Source of the DNA: Gemmatimonadota bacterium
GTDB taxonomy: Bacteria; Gemmatimonadota; Gemmatimonadetes; Palauibacterales; KS3-K002
Direction of reading: 5' to 3'
DNA length: 33,912 nucleotides
NCBI GenBank assembly: GCA_039589355.1
Contig: JBDHHM010000004.1
Span: forward strand, 1-33,912
Of this stretch, positions 19,393 through 27,745 are shown one piece after another; the stretch's first letter is position 1, and every line of letters starts with the position of its first letter. Below the pieces are notes generated by a model. That model saw only the letters and a program-made list of their open reading frames with translations. It was not told the origin of the DNA and ran no database searches. The translations under genes were made by a program, and so were the position numbers.

Positions 19393-21669
19393 GTGCAGGG
19401 GCTAAGCGTAAGAGTACGCGGCATCGTCCAGGGTGTCGGCTTTCGCCCGTTCGTATTCCAGCTGGCCGAGCGCCACGGGCTCGTCGGTTGGGTCCGTAAC
19501 ACGAACACCCAGGTCGAGATCGAGGTCGATGGAGGCGAGGAAGCGCTCGCCGGATTTCTCCGCGACCTGCGCGAGGAAGCGCCGCCTCTGGCACGCGTAG
19601 ATGAGATCGTCGCGGAGGATCGCCCAGCCTCGGGCTATTGCTCGTTCGAGATAATCGAGAGCACCTTCGACGCGGGCTGGCAATCGATCCCACCGGATAC
19701 GACCACCTGCGATGCCTGTCTGGCAGAAACCTTTGACCCCGACGAGCGGCGCCACGGCTACCCCTTCACAAACTGCACGCACTGCGGGCCACGCTTCACG
19801 ATCATCGAGGAATTGCCGTACGATCGCAGCCGAACGACGATGCGCTGCTTCGAGATGTGCGAGGATTGCCGCGCCGAGTACGAGGATCCGCGCGACCGCC
19901 GCTTCCACGCGCAGCCCGTAGCCTGCCCTGCCTGTGGACCACGAGTCTGGTTGCAGACCCCGGACGGTGAGCCGGTGGAGGGCGATCCGATCGATCGGTG
20001 TGTCGCGTTGCTCGAGCGCGGAAGCGTGGTGGCGCTGAAGGGGCTGGGTGGCTTTCAGCTCACCTGTGACGCGACGAACGCCGAGGCCGTGGCGCGGCTC
20101 AGGGCGCGGAAGCGACGCTACGGAAAGCCGTTCGCGCTGATGGTGCCGGATCTGGAGTGGGCGCGGCGCCTCTGCGAGATCACGCCGCCGGAGATCGGCG
20201 TGTTGGAGAGCCGCGAACGGCCGATCGTCCTGATGCGCCGCCGGCCCGAGGCCTGCATCGCGCCGGAGGTGGCGCCCGACCTGGACACCCTGGGGCTGAT
20301 GCTCCCCTACACGCCGCTGCACTATCTGCTGCTAAGTCGTTTCGATGGCCCCGTCGTGATGACCAGCGGCAACCTCAGCGAGGAACCGATCGCGATCGGC
20401 AATCGTGAGGCATTGGAGCGGTTGGCCGCGATCGCCGACGCCTTCCTCTTCCACAATCGCGACATCTATGCGCGGTACGACGACTCGGTCGTCCGGGTCC
20501 TGGGAGATTCGGCAGTGCCTATCCGCAGGGCCCGCAGCTACGCACCTGTTCCGCTGGACCTGCCGTTCACAGCTGCGCAGGACGTACTCGCCGTCGGCGC
20601 CCAGCAGAAGAGCACCTTCTGCCTGGTGAAGGGGTCAAAGGCTCTCATAGGCCAGCACATCGGCGACCTCGAGAACCTGGAGACCCTGGAGCACTTCGAG
20701 AGCTCGCTGAAACTGTACGAGAGGCTGTTCAAGATGAAGCCGGGCGTGATCGCCCACGACATGCACCCCGACTACATGTCCACGCACCTGGCGCACGACT
20801 ACCCGGCGCCGTCGGCTCTGCGGGTTGTGGTACAACATCATCATGCGCACGTGGTGAGCGCGATGGCAGAGCACGGGATCAGGGACCCGGTGATCGGCGT
20901 GGCCTACGATGGTACGGGTTACGGAACGGACGGAGCGATCTGGGGCGGTGAGATCCTGATTGCCGACTGGAGGTCGTTCGAGCGGGTCGGCCACCTTCGC
21001 TACGCCCCGATGCTCGGTGGTGAGGCGGCAATCCGCAAGCCGTACCGGATGGCGGCGGGATACATCTGGTCGCTCTGCGCTGCCTGCGAAGTCGATTTCG
21101 AGGAGTTCCTGGGGAGGATACCGATCGGCGAGCGTATCCTGCTGCGCCGGCAGTTCGAAACGGAGCTCAACGCTCCGCTCACGTCATCCTGCGGGCGCCT
21201 GTTCGACGCGGCAGCCGCTCTGCTGGGCATTCGGACCGAGGCGCTGTACGAGGGGCAGCCGGCGGTGGAGCTTGAAGCCGTTGCCAATCCTGACGCAAGA
21301 GATATCTACCCCTACGACATCCTCCGGGAAGGTGAAGGCTGGATCATCGACCCGGCGGCGACGCTGCGGGCGCTATGGTGCGAGTTCCGCGCCGGCCGGC
21401 CGATCTCCACGGTAGCCGCCGCCTTCCACAACACGGTGGCGGAGTTCACCCGCGCGCTCTGTGTGGAAGTCCGCGAGAAGCACGGGCTGCAGCGAGTCGT
21501 CTTGAGCGGCGGCTGCTTCCAGAACGCCCTGCTGACCCGGCGGCTGCTCGACGGCCTAAGCGAAACGGGATTCGAGGTTCTCACGCACCGCCTCGTGCCG
21601 CCCAACGATGGGGGTATCTCGCTGGGACAGGCGGTGGTGGCGTATGCGCTGACCGGTGGCGGGGCCTGA
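19393..21669 (+). CDS. hypF: Carbamoyltransferase HypF
   Basis: Acylphosphatase domain GIVQGVGFRPF, two zinc fingers (C..C-x18-CTHCGPR; C..C-x18-CPACGP), QHHHAH, DGTGYG, PPNDGGISLGQ. Confidence 0.97.
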   Translation: MQGLSVRVRGIVQGVGFRPFVFQLAERHGLVGWVRNTNTQVEIEVDGGEEALAGFLRDLREEAPPLARVDEIVAEDRPASGYCSFEIIESTFDAGWQSIPPDTTTCDACLAETFDPDERRHGYPFTNCTHCGPRFTIIEELPYDRSRTTMRCFEMCEDCRAEYEDPRDRRFHAQPVACPACGPRVWLQTPDGEPVEGDPIDRCVALLERGSVVALKGLGGFQLTCDATNAEAVARLRARKRRYGKPFALMVPDLEWARRLCEITPPEIGVLESRERPIVLMRRRPEACIAPEVAPDLDTLGLMLPYTPLHYLLLSRFDGPVVMTSGNLSEEPIAIGNREALERLAAIADAFLFHNRDIYARYDDSVVRVLGDSAVPIRRARSYAPVPLDLPFTAAQDVLAVGAQQKSTFCLVKGSKALIGQHIGDLENLETLEHFESSLKLYERLFKMKPGVIAHDMHPDYMSTHLAHDYPAPSALRVVVQHHHAHVVSAMAEHGIRDPVIGVAYDGTGYGTDGAIWGGEILIADWRSFERVGHLRYAPMLGGEAAIRKPYRMAAGYIWSLCAACEVDFEEFLGRIPIGERILLRRQFETELNAPLTSSCGRLFDAAAALLGIRTEALYEGQPAVELEAVANPDARDIYPYDILREGEGWIIDPAATLRALWCEFRAGRPISTVAAAFHNTVAEFTRALCVEVREKHGLQRVVLSGGCFQNALLTRRLLDGLSETGFEVLTHRLVPPNDGGISLGQAVVAYALTGGGA

Positions 21670-21845
21670 ACATCCAACATCGGACATCCCACGTCCAACA
21701 TCGAAGACTGCGGCGCTGAGCGCCTTGAACACTGGACTTCGAACGTTCAACGCTCAGCATCGAACTTCGATGTTAGGCGTTCGGTTTTCGATGTACGAGT
21801 GTTAGCTCGGAGTCCGATGTGGGATGTTCAATGTTCGATGTTCAC
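21669..21845. repeat. AACATCS-type heptamer repeats in inverted arrangement between convergent hypF and hypE
   Basis: aacatcc-aacatcg-gacatcc-cacgtcc-aacatcg at left; cgatgtg-ggatgtt-caatgtt-cgatgtt at right; a second degenerate pair in the middle. Confidence 0.8.
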
Positions 21846-21847
21846 TT

Positions 21848-22900
21848 CTAACATATCCGGGGCAGCGGTTCTCCTTCGGGCTCCGTCAGCAGGCGACGGC
21901 CGAAGCCGGTGTCGAGGACCAGGCGTCCGGCGTGCTCTTCCATACAGGTGCCGATAATGGCTGCGTCGCCGCCCTGGGGGTGAGATCGTAGAGCATCGAG
22001 CACGGCATCGGCTGCTTCCGGTCGCACTCCGATCACCGCCTTCCCTTCGTTCGCGATGTGGAACGGGTCGAGCCCGAGGACCTCGGCGGCGGAGCGAACC
22101 ACCTGTGTGATAGGAACCTGTGATTCCTCGAGCACGATTCCGACACGGCTCTTCTCGGCCATCTCGGTAAGCGCGCTCGCCAGGCCGCCGCGGGTCGGGT
22201 CTTTCATCGCTACGATGGCGCCGTCGGCGGCGTCGAGTGCGCCGCGGATCAGCCGGTTGATCGGGGCGACGTCGGACCGCAGGTCACCCTCGAGCCCGAG
22301 GTTGCGGCGGGCGGCCATGAGGGCGATCCCGTGGTCGCCTATGGGGCCGCTGAGGATGATGCGGTCGCCGGACGCGAGCCCGGAGTCGGACACGACGGAG
22401 TCGGCAAGCGCTACGCCGGTCGTGTTGATTATTACGCCGTCCAGCTCGCCGTGACCCATCACCTTCGTGTCACCTGTGATGATCTTCGCCCCCGCCTCGC
22501 GACACGTTTCCTGCATCGAGCGCTGAATCCGCTCCAGGTCGGACTGAAGAAAGCCCTCTTCGATGACGAGCGCCGAAGTCAAGCCCAATACTTCGGTGGC
22601 GCCCATCATCGCCAGGTCGTTTACCGTGCCGGCAACGGCCAGTCGCCCGATGTCGCCGCCCGGGAAAAAGACGGGATGGATGACGTGCGAGTCTGTGGTG
22701 ACAACCAGCCAGCGATCGCCGACCGGGAGCGCTGCGCCGTCGTCGAAAGCCGCGAGGCCGATCTCTTCCGCTTCGCCCTCGATAAACCCTGCCGCCAGCG
22801 TCTCCTCGATCAGCATCCGCATTGCGCGCCCGCCGGCGCCGTGCTTCAGCGTGATGATCTCGTCCCGGGGGCGGCCTCCCGCGCTGGGGCCAGCGCTCAT
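21848..22900 (-). CDS. hypE: Hydrogenase maturation protein HypE
   Basis: HGAGG, TTDSH, FFPGGDIG.LAV.GTVND, TGDTKV, DPTRGG, ANEGK and C-terminal PRIC. Confidence 0.97.
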   Translation of the reverse strand: MSAGPSAGGRPRDEIITLKHGAGGRAMRMLIEETLAAGFIEGEAEEIGLAAFDDGAALPVGDRWLVVTTDSHVIHPVFFPGGDIGRLAVAGTVNDLAMMGATEVLGLTSALVIEEGFLQSDLERIQRSMQETCREAGAKIITGDTKVMGHGELDGVIINTTGVALADSVVSDSGLASGDRIILSGPIGDHGIALMAARRNLGLEGDLRSDVAPINRLIRGALDAADGAIVAMKDPTRGGLASALTEMAEKSRVGIVLEESQVPITQVVRSAAEVLGLDPFHIANEGKAVIGVRPEAADAVLDALRSHPQGGDAAIIGTCMEEHAGRLVLDTGFGRRLLTEPEGEPLPRIC

Positions 22901-24033
22901 AGTTCGGGGTGCCCTCCGTACTGATGCCAGATCTTGCAGGTACCCTCGCTGCTCACCATGCAGGCACCCACCGGGTTCTCCGGGTCACACCCCTTGCCGA
23001 ACAGCTCGCAATCGGTCGGCGAGGCGAGGCCCGACATGATGGCGCCGCAGATGCACTGCTCGGTGAGAACCGACGGCACGTGCTGCAGCAGTCGGCTGAT
23101 GTCGATCGTATACTTCTTGCGCGCGTCGAGGTGGGCGAATTCGTCCCGTAACCTCAAGCTGCCGTCGGGCACGTCTGCTATGCCGCGCCACATGCCGCCG
23201 GCCGTTTGGAAGACCTTCCACATTTGCGTCTGCGCCACGGTGTTCCCCTCACGCGTGACGCAGCGCGGGTACATGTTCACCACGACCTTGCTATCGTCCC
23301 GAATCAGCTCCACAAGACGAACGAGACCGGCCAGGATGTCCAGCGGCTCGAAGCCTCCCACCACAATCGGAATACCGTAGTGCTCGACGTAGTCCTCGAA
23401 GATTCCCCAGCCGGTGATCGTGGCCGCGTGGCCCGCCGCCAGGAAGCCCTCGACCTTTGTCTGCGGGATTTGGGCGACCAGTTCCATGGCTGGCGGCACG
23501 TACTTGTGCGCCGAGAGGATCGAGAATCTGTCCGGCAAGTCGTCCTGAAGGGCAACTGCGGCGGTGGCGACCGCGGTAGTCTCGAAACCGGTGGCGAAGA
23601 ATACGACTTCGCGGTCCGTGGAACGGGCGAGCTCCACCGCCTGCGAGGCGCTGTAAACGACCTCTATCCGTGCGCCCTCAGCCTGAGCTTCCGCCAGCGA
23701 CTTCGCTGTGCCCGGCACCCGGAGCATGTCGCCGTACGTCGCGATCAACTTACCATCTTCCGCCAGGGCCACCGCCTCATCGACCTCGGGTAGGTCGGTC
23801 ACACATACGGGGCAACCTGGACCCATAATCAGGTCGAGCGACTTCGGTAGAACAGCCCGCAGGCCGTACTTGGCGATCGCCTGCTCGTGCGTCCCGCAGA
23901 CGTGCATAACCTGTACCGAATCGCGTCCGATCTCCTCGCACACCTCGGCGAGCTTCGCTGCCAGGGCCCGCGCCTTGACCGGGTCGCGGAACTTCAGCTC
24001 GCCCGCCTGTCCCCGAGCGTCGGTCTCAAGCAT
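22897..24033 (-). CDS. hypD: Hydrogenase maturation protein HypD
   Basis: CGTH, GPGCPVC, GFETT and the C-terminal Fe-S/Cys region ending GACMVSSEGTC; ATG 24033 overlaps the end of hypC. Confidence 0.96.
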   Translation of the reverse strand: MLETDARGQAGELKFRDPVKARALAAKLAEVCEEIGRDSVQVMHVCGTHEQAIAKYGLRAVLPKSLDLIMGPGCPVCVTDLPEVDEAVALAEDGKLIATYGDMLRVPGTAKSLAEAQAEGARIEVVYSASQAVELARSTDREVVFFATGFETTAVATAAVALQDDLPDRFSILSAHKYVPPAMELVAQIPQTKVEGFLAAGHAATITGWGIFEDYVEHYGIPIVVGGFEPLDILAGLVRLVELIRDDSKVVVNMYPRCVTREGNTVAQTQMWKVFQTAGGMWRGIADVPDGSLRLRDEFAHLDARKKYTIDISRLLQHVPSVLTEQCICGAIMSGLASPTDCELFGKGCDPENPVGACMVSSEGTCKIWHQYGGHPEL

Positions 24034-24328
24034 CGCTCTTCTCACCACGCCGGGTCTTGGCGGTAGCCTCGATCTCGCCCCGCACGTCGGCTGCCATCAT
24101 GTCGCTCTCGGCCGCCTGCAGCAGCTCCTCGTAGAGGGCCAGCGTCTCCTCGACTTCTTCGGAGGGGATCTTCCTTATGGCGAAGCCGACGTGGTTCAGG
24201 ATATAGTCACCAACCTCCACCGGCTGGTCTACGATGTCGAGGCGCACCTCCCGCCTGACGCCCCAGAAGTCGACCGTCGCCAGCAACCCATTCACCGCTA
24301 AAATCTTACCGGGTACACCTAGGCACAT
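24026..24328 (-). CDS. hypC: Hydrogenase maturation chaperone HypC
   Basis: Starts MCLGVPG (ATG 24328); VGDYILNHVGFAI motif. Confidence 0.96.
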   Translation of the reverse strand: MCLGVPGKILAVNGLLATVDFWGVRREVRLDIVDQPVEVGDYILNHVGFAIRKIPSEEVEETLALYEELLQAAESDMMAADVRGEIEATAKTRRGEKSDA

Positions 24329-24562
24329 CGGATCGTGACCTCGCGTTCGGGGCGCAGCCAAAACACAGGAATGCTCCATTGTGCGGGCCGCGGCCCCATA
24401 AGGTCAATAGCCGGTCCGAGGATCAGGCCTGGGATTCGCTGGCCTACGTCACCTCGGTAGCCGAGCTGGGGCCCGTTCCCGAGGTGCCGTAGATCTGAGC
24501 CCCGCTGCGCTAGGAGCCGGGCAAGCTCGCTGCCGCCGGCCGCTCTCTTGTCCTGCTGTGGT

Positions 24563-27394
24563 TCAAATCTCTCCGAGGTAGGTGACGATCATCGTATAGA
24601 GGATAACGATGATCAGCGTCACCCCGACTGTTAAGGCCGAGAACCCGAGGACGCGGAACAAGCGCTGGAGCTTCTGCGGGTACTGGTGCGTCATGTACTC
24701 CTCGAGCTTGCCTGTCCGAACGAGCTGCTCGTACTCTCGCGGCTTGTCGTGTTTCAGCTCCTCCAGCGTGATGCGGCCGGTGAAGATGACCGGGTCCATC
24801 GGGAACTTGTCGGGCCGGAAGTGGGTGTTGAAGAAGTGGACCGTGAAGATGAAGGCGACCGCCAGCAAAGCCTCGTCGCTGTGCAGGATAGTCGCCACGT
24901 TCACCGTCCAGCCCGGCAAGAGCAGGGTGAAGACCTCGGGGAACCAGAGCAGTAGCCCCGTCGAGCCGATGATGAACATCCCCCAAAAAACTGCGAAGTA
25001 GTCGAACTTCTCCCAGTAGGTGAAGCGTCCGTAATAGGGTCGCGGTCCGAGCCCGAAGAACCACTTCGCCGACGCGACGAACTCCTTGAGATCTGTCTTG
25101 TTGAAGATCAGCGAGCTGTCGGAGAAGATGAACTCCTTCCAGTTCTTGCCCGAGGCCTGCTTGCGGCGATAGACGTCGCCCAGGTGGATCAAGAAGACCG
25201 TGATGAGCGTGATCGCCGCCAGCCGGTGAAGTACGCCGGTAGTCGCGAAGCCGCCGACGGCACCGGCCAGGATCTGTGCCCAGCCCATGTAAGAGAACTT
25301 CAGGATCATGCCGGTGATGGCGAGAACGAAGAAGCTGAGCACCATAACCAGGTGCAGCGAGCGCTCGAATGTGGTGAACCTCCGGTAGAGCCTCTCGCCG
25401 GGTGCCGGCTCGCGGTGTTGCCTCGCGAACAGCCACTCCTCGGGCGAGCGCCAGAGACGCCAGAGCCAGGCGAGCGTGTGGAATGTCGCCAAGGTCAGCG
25501 TCCCGACCAGAAGTGCGGTCATCCCCCAAAACGTCCAGAACAGGTACGGGTACTTCTCCGGGTCGTGGTGGGTGGCGTGCGTCAGGTAGCCGGTGAACCG
25601 GCGGTTGGCTCCGGGGTGGCACTCGGCGCAGGTCTCGACGATGTTCCGGCGGCTTAGGGTAGAACGGACGTCGGTGATCGGGTGGATGTTGTGGGTGCCG
25701 TGGCAATCGTAACACTTCGCGACGCCGGCGTCACCCAGCCTGGAGACCTTGCCGTGGAAAGTGTCGAAGAACGTCTCCGACTCCTCCTCGTGGCAGCGCC
25801 CGCACTGGTTCATCATAGTCAGCCGGAAGTCGCCCAGACCGGTGCGGCTTATCGTGTGCGAGGTGTGACAGTCCTCGCAGCTCGGTAGCTCGCGATCCTC
25901 GGGTGCGTCTTCCCGGCCTATCCAGTGGATGCTGCCGCTGTATTCGTCCTCGATACCGTAGTGGCACGTGCCGCAGGTGCCGGCGATGTTGTCGCGATGG
26001 ACCGAGGACTCGGGATCCGTCGGGGGTAGCTCGTTGTGCGCCGTGTGGCAGCTCGGGCAGGTGGCCGTCACGACGAGGCCGCTCTCCAGAAGCCCCGTCC
26101 CGTGGATGCTCATTACATAGCTGTTGACGATGTCCGGGCCTTCGTAGCCCGCCTCCTCGATGCGGCGGGCCGCCGGCTCACCCTCGCGGTGGCAGCGTGC
26201 GCAGAGATCCGGCACGTTGCTGGCGAACGTCGGTGCGGTCGGCCAGATGTTGTCCTGTGTCGCGTGATGGTCATGGCAATCGAGGCAGGTCGGTGCCTCG
26301 GGAACTCCTTGCGCGGCCAGGCGGCCGTGCATGCCCGACGTGTATTCGTCCACCGGCCCTGCATGACAGATGGCGCAGTCGACGTTCGCCGCCACCGAAG
26401 TCGTGCAGGCGCGGGCCGTCAACGACGGCGTTACGTCGGCGTGGCACTGGGCGCAACCCGTTCCGCCGTGTTTTGAGGCGTTGTAGGCCTGCTCATCGAC
26501 AATAAGTGAGATGGTTTCGCCATCCCGCTCCATCGTAAGCTCCGGATCGGAGTGACAGCGCATGCAGTCGGCGTTGGCAGCGCCCGCGTCGTAGAAGACC
26601 CTGCGCACTTCGTGCGGTGCGTGGCAGTCGACGCATACGGGGATCACGTGCGGCTCCTCTTCCCACAGCCTCCCCTCGATCACTTGCTGGTGCACTTCCT
26701 CGATCAATGCGTGGCACTGCGTGCAGGTGCTCGAAACGTTCGATTCGTGGATGCTCGAGCGACTGTCCGTGTGCGGCAGGATGAAGTGTGAGGTATGGCA
26801 GGAGGTGCAGACCGCGGTCACCGCCAGGCCCTGTTGAAACAGACCCGCCCCGTGAATCGACATGGAGTAGTTCTGAAGGATCTGGTCCTGCGGTATGTCT
26901 CGCGTGCTCGATACCTCGGTTCCCTCCTGATGGCAACGTCCGCACAGCATCGGGATGCTGAACACGTAGGTCATGGACCTGGGGTCGCTGCTCGCCCCGA
27001 TGTCGTGGGTGCCGTGGCAATCCGAGCAGCTCGGGGCCAGCGGGTCGCCTCGCGCCGCCGCCTGTCCGTGCAGCGAAGTGGCGTGCTGAACGGTCTGATC
27101 GTTGTGACAGACGGAGCAATTGGCCGGCGGTGCCGCTTCTGGATGCGGGAAGGCGAGGCCGCGATGGCAGTCGGTGCAGAGCAGGCCTCGGGCACCGTGC
27201 AGCGAGCCCTCATGGGCCTCCCTGGTGACGATGTACCGGGACGGGTCGTCTTTGCCGGCAAAGAAGGCCTCGTTCTCGTGGCACATGAGGCACATGTCAT
27301 TGTCCTGCGCTGCGGCCGAGCCGGCCGTAGCCAGGATCAACGCTGACAGGAAAGCGGTCGTCGGCAGCCAGCCGCCCCATCTGCTCAGATGCAT
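24563..27394 (-). CDS. CbcL-like inner-membrane protein: 19-heme c-type periplasmic domain fused to a HydC/FdnI-type cytochrome b domain
   Basis: Likely ATG 27394 (aagaaggg RBS; signal peptide ending AAA-Q); 19 CxxCH counted; C-terminal TM domain with RSLH, LHR, YWEKFDYFAVFWG, LHSDEALLA and VHFFNTH. Confidence 0.88.
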   Translation of the reverse strand: MHLSRWGGWLPTTAFLSALILATAGSAAAQDNDMCLMCHENEAFFAGKDDPSRYIVTREAHEGSLHGARGLLCTDCHRGLAFPHPEAAPPANCSVCHNDQTVQHATSLHGQAAARGDPLAPSCSDCHGTHDIGASSDPRSMTYVFSIPMLCGRCHQEGTEVSSTRDIPQDQILQNYSMSIHGAGLFQQGLAVTAVCTSCHTSHFILPHTDSRSSIHESNVSSTCTQCHALIEEVHQQVIEGRLWEEEPHVIPVCVDCHAPHEVRRVFYDAGAANADCMRCHSDPELTMERDGETISLIVDEQAYNASKHGGTGCAQCHADVTPSLTARACTTSVAANVDCAICHAGPVDEYTSGMHGRLAAQGVPEAPTCLDCHDHHATQDNIWPTAPTFASNVPDLCARCHREGEPAARRIEEAGYEGPDIVNSYVMSIHGTGLLESGLVVTATCPSCHTAHNELPPTDPESSVHRDNIAGTCGTCHYGIEDEYSGSIHWIGREDAPEDRELPSCEDCHTSHTISRTGLGDFRLTMMNQCGRCHEEESETFFDTFHGKVSRLGDAGVAKCYDCHGTHNIHPITDVRSTLSRRNIVETCAECHPGANRRFTGYLTHATHHDPEKYPYLFWTFWGMTALLVGTLTLATFHTLAWLWRLWRSPEEWLFARQHREPAPGERLYRRFTTFERSLHLVMVLSFFVLAITGMILKFSYMGWAQILAGAVGGFATTGVLHRLAAITLITVFLIHLGDVYRRKQASGKNWKEFIFSDSSLIFNKTDLKEFVASAKWFFGLGPRPYYGRFTYWEKFDYFAVFWGMFIIGSTGLLLWFPEVFTLLLPGWTVNVATILHSDEALLAVAFIFTVHFFNTHFRPDKFPMDPVIFTGRITLEELKHDKPREYEQLVRTGKLEEYMTHQYPQKLQRLFRVLGFSALTVGVTLIIVILYTMIVTYLGEI

Positions 27395-27551
27395 CAGCGC
27401 CCTTCTTGCCAGGCCCAGGTTACCCATCCCTGTCTGTGGTATCTCTAGTCCTTGCCGCTCCAAACCGATATCCTCACAGTCGTTACGCTGCCTCGTGTAG
27501 GACATAGGCCGCAAATCGTGTGCCCTGAGCCAAGCCGAGGGCAGCCGGCTT

Positions 27552-27745
27552 CGACTAGTGTTCGGCCACAGTGGTCATGAGACGTGGTTGGGGTCGGCCG
27601 GGGGATCCTCTTGCTTCATGTCGCGCGGCGCCGGGCCGCGATCGAGGACGGGCCGGGGCGCTCCAAATTCCGCTCCGAGGATCCCCCGGCCGACCCCAGC
27701 GTCCCCTGTTTACGCGTCATCATCACTGTGGCCGAACACTAGTCG
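27552..27745. mobile_element. Putative non-autonomous MITE-like nested palindromic element with CTAG at both ends
   Basis: Perfect 22 bp outer inverted repeat (27552-27573 / 27724-27745) and perfect 22 bp inner inverted repeat (27589-27610 / 27677-27698); no credible ORF inside. Confidence 0.6.

Noticed and set aside
21669-21845. CRISPR array interpretation of the short repeats here and at 4670-4790 and 31092-31151
   Set aside because: Units are 7-8 nt and tandem, with no unique spacers and no cas genes.
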